DNA from: Terriglobia bacterium
GTDB lineage: Bacteria; Acidobacteriota; Terriglobia; Acidiferrales; UBA7541
Direction of reading: 5' to 3'
Length of the DNA stretch: 64,000 nucleotides
Assembly (NCBI GenBank): GCA_963695545.1
Contig: OY968796.1
Coordinates: forward strand, 448,001 to 512,000
Positions 58,365 to 64,000 of this stretch are shown in pieces; the first letter of the stretch is position 1; every line of letters starts with the position of its first letter. The notes below the pieces were generated by a model. The model saw only the letters and a program-made list of their open reading frames with translations, ran no database searches and had not been told where the DNA came from. The position numbers were made by a program, and so were the translations under genes.

Positions 58365-59639
58365 CTATTCGCCGCCTTCCGCATCGGAAGGACCACCAAT
58401 CGTCCACGGGGACAAAAGCACTTGGCTCGCCTGGTTTGGTGACGCTTCCAGAATCGGCTCGACGCCGCCCAACAGCGTGATCGCCGTGACTCCGGCGCTA
58501 GCCGTGCCTTCGGTCGAAACGATCATCACGGCATCGCCCTTCTGAAAATCGGCCAGAGTTGACGCGGGCAGACGCGCCAGCATCTGCTGCAGGTCCGCGC
58601 CGCCGCCCCCTCCGCCGCCTGCGCCACCACCCGGACGCGATCCGCCGCCGGCGTCACCTGCTCCGCCGTTAGCCGGTGGGCCACCGGCCTGCGGCGCGCC
58701 TCCACCGGATGCACCGCCGCCCGCCGCGCCCCCAGCCGGAGCGCCCTTCAACCGCGCGGCGATTCTTTGCGCCATGAATGGCGCGAGCCGGCGAACCTGC
58801 GAATCACTTGAAATGTTGACCAGCACGGGTTTCTTCGTTGCGAGATCCATTACGATCAGCGTGCCTGCCGTGGGATCGATCGAAGAGATCGTGCCGGATA
58901 TGTTGCGAAACCCGCCCGAGACAATCTCGTCGGCGGAGAACGACGTGCCATCCGCGCCCATTGTCCCGCGCGCGCGCGCCTGATCGCCCGGCTTAATCTG
59001 ATCGAGCGTGCTGCGCTGCGCGTCCTCGAACTTCACAGACTGCGGCGCATATCGCCGTATGATCGTGCTCGCCGTCGTCTGAATCGTGATCGTCTTCTTA
59101 ACGCCGGCGACGGATTGCGTGATCACCACGCTTCCTTGCGTCGGGTCTACCGCGCTGACCAACCCGCCGATACCGTTCTTCTGCCAATCTTCGCGCTGCT
59201 GTTCTTGCGTCTGCTCGACGTCGGCGTGCTTCATGATCACTGCGGTTGAGGCCACTACCGTCTGACCGTCGCCTCCCAGTTTTCCTCCGACCAGCAGCCG
59301 GTCGCCCACTTGGATATCCTGCACTTGCGCGGGCGTCGCGCTCTTCAGATCTTTTTGGCCCGGTTCAATGCGCACGATTCGTGTCGTGTCCTGAATCTGG
59401 ATGGTAATTTGGGCGCCCGCGTCGGTCGTCAGCGAGACGGAGGTTCCCGTCGCGGTTGTGGCTCCAACGGCTTTCACCGTGCCCACCTGCCGTATGATCG
59501 CGCTCGGCGCGGCCGTGCTCTGCGCGGCCGGAGGCGCGGCCTGTTGCGCGCGCGCCGAAACTGTGAGCGCAAAGGTGAAAACGATCAGGGCGCCAAAAAC
59601 GACTACCGTTCGGGCCCCAGTCTTCTGCATCAATTCCAT
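58365..59639 (-). CDS. Exported protein with repeated small beta domains (DUF5666-like) and a Gly-rich linker
   Basis: Signal peptide ending ARA; three repeats of G.V..V...I..T.I.R....I..GD; GAGGAG RBS. Confidence 0.75.
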   Translation of the reverse strand: MELMQKTGARTVVVFGALIVFTFALTVSARAQQAAPPAAQSTAAPSAIIRQVGTVKAVGATTATGTSVSLTTDAGAQITIQIQDTTRIVRIEPGQKDLKSATPAQVQDIQVGDRLLVGGKLGGDGQTVVASTAVIMKHADVEQTQEQQREDWQKNGIGGLVSAVDPTQGSVVITQSVAGVKKTITIQTTASTIIRRYAPQSVKFEDAQRSTLDQIKPGDQARARGTMGADGTSFSADEIVSGGFRNISGTISSIDPTAGTLIVMDLATKKPVLVNISSDSQVRRLAPFMAQRIAARLKGAPAGGAAGGGASGGGAPQAGGPPANGGAGDAGGGSRPGGGAGGGGGGGADLQQMLARLPASTLADFQKGDAVMIVSTEGTASAGVTAITLLGGVEPILEASPNQASQVLLSPWTIGGPSDAEGGE

Positions 59640-59697
59640 CGATTGCTCCTCGCGCATCCCCTGATTGTGCTCGGCCCGGAATCTTGTCTTTGTATTG

Positions 59698-59725
59698 GAC
59701 GCTGAAAGGCACCCGTTATGTTACA
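59698..59725 (-). promoter_or_regulatory. Possible ECF-sigma promoter
   Basis: Minus strand TGTAACA-17 nt-CGTC about 60 bp upstream of the start at 59639. Confidence 0.4.
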
Positions 59726-59940
59726 AGGCTTTTTGAGGAATGTCCGATTCAAAACGCTCGATATAGACCACAACCGCGTGGCGACAACTATATACGCGTT
59801 CAGCATTTTACGGCGCGATCTAGTTCCTAAATTCGGCCCTCAGCTGACCTCGTGGATGACGAGCGCGGTTCCGCTTTCGCGCTTGCACGTACGCCACGGT
59901 CATCGTACCGTCCATCGTCGGAGATCTATCCCCCGCACCC

Positions 59941-61185
59941 ATGCGCATCCCCGTCGAATCCGGAATGGCTGGCCGATGGCGGATCGCGACCGTGGTCACC
60001 GCCGCGATTGCGATCAGCTACTTCGACCGGCAGACGCTTTCCATCGCCGTCCTCGCGATGCAGCGCGACATTCACATTTCCGACTCGCAATTCTCCGAGC
60101 TTCAGGCCGCATTTCTTCTGGCCTACGCGTTCATGTACGCGGGCGGCGGAAGACTTCTCGATGCCCTCGGCACGCGCCGCGGATTCGCCGCGATCATGGC
60201 CTGGTGGTCGATTGCCTGCGCGAGCCAGGGCCTTGCGTGGAGCGTGCCCGTGCTCGGAGCCGGACGTTTTCTGCTGGGAATCGGCGAAGGCGGCGGATTT
60301 CCTGCCGCGACGAAAGTCGTCCGCGAGCAATTCTCGAGCGCCGAGCGCGCCACCGCCATGGGCCTGATCAATGCGGGCACCGCGGTCGGCGCGATTTTGG
60401 CGCCGCCCGTTGTTGCCGCCGTGATCTTGTGGGCCGGATGGAGATGGGCGTTCGCTCTCTCCGGCGCGCTCGGCATGCTCTGGACGCTATGGTGGCTCGC
60501 TGAGTCAAAATCTCCACGCCCCGCGGAAGCAGTCGCGCTCAGCGCGCCCGAGCCAGAAAAAGTGCAGTGGCTGCGTCTCGCGTCGCTGCGGCCCGTGCAA
60601 GGCTTGGTGATCGCGAAATTTCTGAGCGATGCCGCGTGGTACTTCTATCTTTTCTGGCTGCCAAAATATCTTTACGACGTGCGCGGCTTCGACACCAAGC
60701 ACGTCGGCTACTGGGCGTGGATTCCGTACGCGGCGTCAGGCCTCGGAAGTCTCGGAGGCGGAATGCTCTCGAGTGCCCTTGTGCGCCGCGGCGTCACGCT
60801 CGATCTCTCGCGCAAAATCGCGCTCGGCGCGAGCGCAGCGCTGATGCCCGTGATTCTGCTGGTGAGCCGCGCGCCGGTCGAAGCCGCGATCCTGATTTTC
60901 AGCGTGGCGTTCCTTGGCCAGCAATCCTGGTCGGCGCTGGTGATGACGATTCCGGCGGATTTGTTTCCCGCCAGCGTTGTCGGCTCGGTCGCCGGCATGG
61001 TCGGTTTCGGCGGAGCCATCGGCGGCGTGATCTTTAATTTGGTCGCCGGGCATTTGCTTTCCGCGGGTTTCGGTTATTCTACGATCTTTGCGATCGTCAG
61101 CACGTTCCACGTCACGGCCTTCGGCGTGATTCTGCTGACGAATCGCCGCATCGGCCCGATCTCACTGGCCCAAGGAGCAGCATGA
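59941..61185 (+). CDS. MFS transporter, ExuT/hexuronate-like
   Basis: ISYFDRQTLS, GRLLD.LG.RRG, RFLLGIGEGG.FPA, FYLFWLP.YL. Confidence 0.92.
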   Translation: MRIPVESGMAGRWRIATVVTAAIAISYFDRQTLSIAVLAMQRDIHISDSQFSELQAAFLLAYAFMYAGGGRLLDALGTRRGFAAIMAWWSIACASQGLAWSVPVLGAGRFLLGIGEGGGFPAATKVVREQFSSAERATAMGLINAGTAVGAILAPPVVAAVILWAGWRWAFALSGALGMLWTLWWLAESKSPRPAEAVALSAPEPEKVQWLRLASLRPVQGLVIAKFLSDAAWYFYLFWLPKYLYDVRGFDTKHVGYWAWIPYAASGLGSLGGGMLSSALVRRGVTLDLSRKIALGASAALMPVILLVSRAPVEAAILIFSVAFLGQQSWSALVMTIPADLFPASVVGSVAGMVGFGGAIGGVIFNLVAGHLLSAGFGYSTIFAIVSTFHVTAFGVILLTNRRIGPISLAQGAA

Positions 61186-62354
61186 AGATCACCGAAGTCC
61201 GCACGCGCGTGGTCGAATGGACCGGCGCGACGGTTCCGCCCCAGCCGCACTTTTGCACCAACGCCGTCGACTTGCTCTCTCTTCCCGCCGATTCCATGGC
61301 CGGGTTTCGCTTCCACGGCTGGCTCGTAGTGGAAATTTCGACCGACGCGGGCCACGTCGGTATCGGCAACGCCGCGCTCGCGCCGCGCCTCACCAAGCAA
61401 GCCATCGATCTTTATCTCAAGCCGCTGCTGACCGGCAAGGATCCCTTCGATACCGAATTCTTGTGGCAATTGATGTACCGGCAGACCATGGCGTTCGGCC
61501 GCAAAGGCGTCGGCATGGTCGCCATCAGCGCCGTGGATATCGCGCTGTGGGACATTCTTGGAAAAGCCACAAAACAGCCGGTGTTTCGCCTGCTCGGCGG
61601 ACGCACCAAGCCCCGAATCCCCGTCTACGCCAGCCGCCTCTACAGTCAGGATTTGAAATCGCTCGCCGCCGAAGCCGATAGATACAAGCACGAAGGTTTT
61701 CGCGCGATGAAGTTGCGATTCGGCTGGGGCCCCGTGGACGGCGCCGAAGGCATGCAAAAAAATATTGCCTTAGTGCGCACCGTGCGCGAAACCATCGGCG
61801 ACGATATCGACTTGATGGCCGACGCCTACATGGGCTGGACGCTCGATTACGCGCGAAGAATGATTCCCCTGCTCGAACCGTTTCACCTTCGCTGGCTCGA
61901 AGAGCCCGTGATCGCCGACGACATCCACGGCTACGCCGCGCTAAAAGCCATGAACCGCATCCCCATCGCCGGTGGCGAACACGAATTCACACTCTACGGT
62001 TTTCGCGATCTGCTCGAAGCCAAAGCGCTCGACGTCATTCAGTTCGATACCAATCGCGTCGGCGGCATCACCCAAGCGCGAAAAATTGCCGCGCTCGCCG
62101 AAGCGCATTCGGTGACGGTGGTGCCGCACGCCGGACAAATGCACAATTTTCACGTGGTCATGGCCAGCTTGAATTCGCCCATGGCCGAATATTTCCCGCC
62201 CGTCGACGTCGAAATCGGCAACGAATTGTTCTGGTACATTTTTGATGGCGAGCCCAAAGCCGTCGGCGGTTTCATCGACCTGCGCGATGATTTGCCCGGC
62301 CTCGGCCTCACCATACGCGAAGCCGAGCTCAAGCGCTTCCGAGTGATTGAATAG
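61182..62354 (+). CDS. Mandelate-racemase-subgroup enolase-superfamily enzyme (RhmD-like sugar-acid dehydratase)
   Basis: AISAVDIALWD..GK, MADAYMG (Asp), WLEEP (Glu), GEHE (Glu), QFD, VPH. Confidence 0.9.
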   Translation: MKITEVRTRVVEWTGATVPPQPHFCTNAVDLLSLPADSMAGFRFHGWLVVEISTDAGHVGIGNAALAPRLTKQAIDLYLKPLLTGKDPFDTEFLWQLMYRQTMAFGRKGVGMVAISAVDIALWDILGKATKQPVFRLLGGRTKPRIPVYASRLYSQDLKSLAAEADRYKHEGFRAMKLRFGWGPVDGAEGMQKNIALVRTVRETIGDDIDLMADAYMGWTLDYARRMIPLLEPFHLRWLEEPVIADDIHGYAALKAMNRIPIAGGEHEFTLYGFRDLLEAKALDVIQFDTNRVGGITQARKIAALAEAHSVTVVPHAGQMHNFHVVMASLNSPMAEYFPPVDVEIGNELFWYIFDGEPKAVGGFIDLRDDLPGLGLTIREAELKRFRVIE

Positions 62355-62393
62355 AGCGATCGCATAGCACTCAAATAGAAAGCGAGGCCGCCG

Positions 62394-63272
62394 TTGCCAT
62401 CTCCAAAATCGAGTCTCGAATCGCTGGGCTTGCCTTCCTCGGACACCAAAGAATTCGCATCTCCCGTCCGGTTTCCGACCGGCGAAGCCTATCGCATCGA
62501 AATTCCCAGCACCGAAGGACCGAAAGCGCTGCGCGCCGTCATCGACGAAGCCAAGGCGCGTAAAGTGCGCGTGCACCGCGTCAGCCAGGGCAGCGGAATG
62601 ATGATGCTCAGCGCGGAAGAAATTTCCGAGATGGTCGCGCTCGGCCGCCAGGAGCACATCGAAGTGAATTTATTCGTCGGCCCGCGCGCCACATTCGACA
62701 TCGGCGCTCAAGTCGTCGCGCCTGCCGGGCGCAGCCTCGGCCTCAGCCTTCGCGGCGCCGATCAACTCGCGTTCGCGCTCGCCGATATCCGCCGCGCCGT
62801 CGATCTCGGCATTCGCAGCGTGCTGATTTCAGACATCGGTCTGATTTCGATCGTCGGAAAATTGCGCGCCAAAGGCGACCTGCCCGGCGATCTCATCATT
62901 AAAACTTCCGTGATGATGGCGCCCTGCAATCCGGCGAGCGCGCTCTTGCTCGAAGATCTCGGCGCGACCACCATCAACATCCCTTCCGATCTCACCATCG
63001 CGCAGATCGCCACCATCCGTCAGGCGATCACCGCGCCCATCGACTTCTACATCGAAGCGCCGGACAACATCGGCGGTTTTGTCCGCACCTACGAAATTCC
63101 GGAAATTATTCGCGTAGCCGCGCCCGTCTATCTCAAATTCGGCCTGCGGAATTCGCCGGATATTTATCCCAGCGGCCTGCATCTCGAAGCCACGGCTATC
63201 GCGATGTCTCGCGAGCGCGTGCGCCGCGCGCAAATCGCGCTCGAAATTCTGAATTCAACTCCACATGCCTGA
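62394..63272 (+). CDS. TIM-barrel protein resembling proteins annotated as U32-family peptidase-like
   Basis: RIEIPS.EGP, RVSQGSG, LG.RSVL.SD.G, LGA.TIN...DLT, PID.YIEAPD..GGFVR; family call from recall. Confidence 0.65.
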   Translation: MPSPKSSLESLGLPSSDTKEFASPVRFPTGEAYRIEIPSTEGPKALRAVIDEAKARKVRVHRVSQGSGMMMLSAEEISEMVALGRQEHIEVNLFVGPRATFDIGAQVVAPAGRSLGLSLRGADQLAFALADIRRAVDLGIRSVLISDIGLISIVGKLRAKGDLPGDLIIKTSVMMAPCNPASALLLEDLGATTINIPSDLTIAQIATIRQAITAPIDFYIEAPDNIGGFVRTYEIPEIIRVAAPVYLKFGLRNSPDIYPSGLHLEATAIAMSRERVRRAQIALEILNSTPHA

Positions 63273-63324
63273 AATTGTTCCGGCAGGCTCTCGCGCAGCT
63301 CGCCCGGCGCAGCTCGCAGCGGCC

Positions 63325-64000
63325 TCACGCCTTCGCGCGAGACTCCGGCGAAAGACCGCGCAAGTATTCCGTGATGGCCGAAAGGTCCGACGACGCAAAT
63401 CCGTTCTCCGCAGCGGCGCGAAATAAATCGCGCGCCAGCGCCGCCGTGCGCAGATCGAGCGCATGCCGCCGGCCTTCCTCCACCGCATAGGTCAGATCCT
63501 TTTGCATCAAGCCCAAATAAAAGTGCACGCTGGTATCGTGTGCCGCAACGCGCCCCGCCACGTTCTTCACCAACCCGCTGCCCGGCGCGCCATTCACCAG
63601 GATCGGCAGTGCCTTATCCAAATCGAGCCCCGATTTATCCAGCAGCGCGAGCGCCTCGCCAAATGCCGCGGCCTGCACGCCGCACAGAAAATTATTCACC
63701 AGTTTCACCGTGGCCCCGCTTCCCAGCGGACCGATGTGCGCGATTTCCGTCCCCATCGCGCGCAACAGCGGCGTGGCGCGCTCCACGTCTTTCGCGTCCC
63801 CGCCGATCATGAATTTCAGTTCGCCGCTCGCCGCGTGCACGCGGCTGCCGTTGACCGGCGCATCGATCAGCGTCGAACCGTGCGCCCGCGCCGCGGCGCC
63901 CAGTTCGCGCACCCAAACCGGCGACACCGTGCTCGATTCGATCAACAGCGCGCCCGGCGCAAGACCCGCTAACGCGCCATTTTCTCCGAGCCAAACTTCG
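63325..64000 (-). CDS. NAD(P)-dependent beta-hydroxyacid dehydrogenase (3-hydroxyisobutyrate/tartronate semialdehyde reductase family), 5' truncated by window edge
   Basis: IESSTVSP, DAPVNG, L.FMIGG, G.G...KLVNN, KDL. Confidence 0.92.
   Translation of the reverse strand, partial: EVWLGENGALAGLAPGALLIESSTVSPVWVRELGAAARAHGSTLIDAPVNGSRVHAASGELKFMIGGDAKDVERATPLLRAMGTEIAHIGPLGSGATVKLVNNFLCGVQAAAFGEALALLDKSGLDLDKALPILVNGAPGSGLVKNVAGRVAAHDTSVHFYLGLMQKDLTYAVEEGRRHALDLRTAALARDLFRAAAENGFASSDLSAITEYLRGLSPESRAKA

Overview
High-GC bacterial chromosomal window, most consistent with Acidobacteriota (acidobacterial-type PadR plus duplicated-orphan-permease pair, Oar-like carboxypeptidase-regulatory/TonB-type receptor); the taxonomy is inference. 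It holds about 57 mostly housekeeping genes: a Ser/Thr kinase, HEAT-PilZ, RmuC, PP2C, FHA and CHASE2 adenylate cyclase signalling stretch; separated scoB and scoA CoA-transferase genes; a trpC-trpF-trpB-trpA-chorismate mutase-aroF-tyrA operon in which trpB and trpA each carry three frameshifts; a MacAB-like efflux locus; a split, divergent kdpD pair with kdpE; a GT2/ArnT/AsnB/epimerase envelope-modification operon; fadN-fadA-fadE; ispH; an atypical arginase-family gene; and a sugar-acid catabolic cluster. I found no rRNA, intact tRNA, CRISPR array, transposase or integrase. The most unusual structures are (1) a dispersed 27-bp-period repeat family found in two 5' regions and as an in-frame insertion in tyrA, (2) a tandem pair of diverged trpC-promoter/padR units, each holding a different small membrane-protein gene in a slot bounded by two -35 elements, with the permease gene reduced to N- and C-terminal remnants, (3) an AT-rich nested-palindrome element near 15.8 kb, and (4) KdpE-like direct repeats upstream of the envelope-modification operon. 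All family assignments are from motif recognition by eye; no searches were run.
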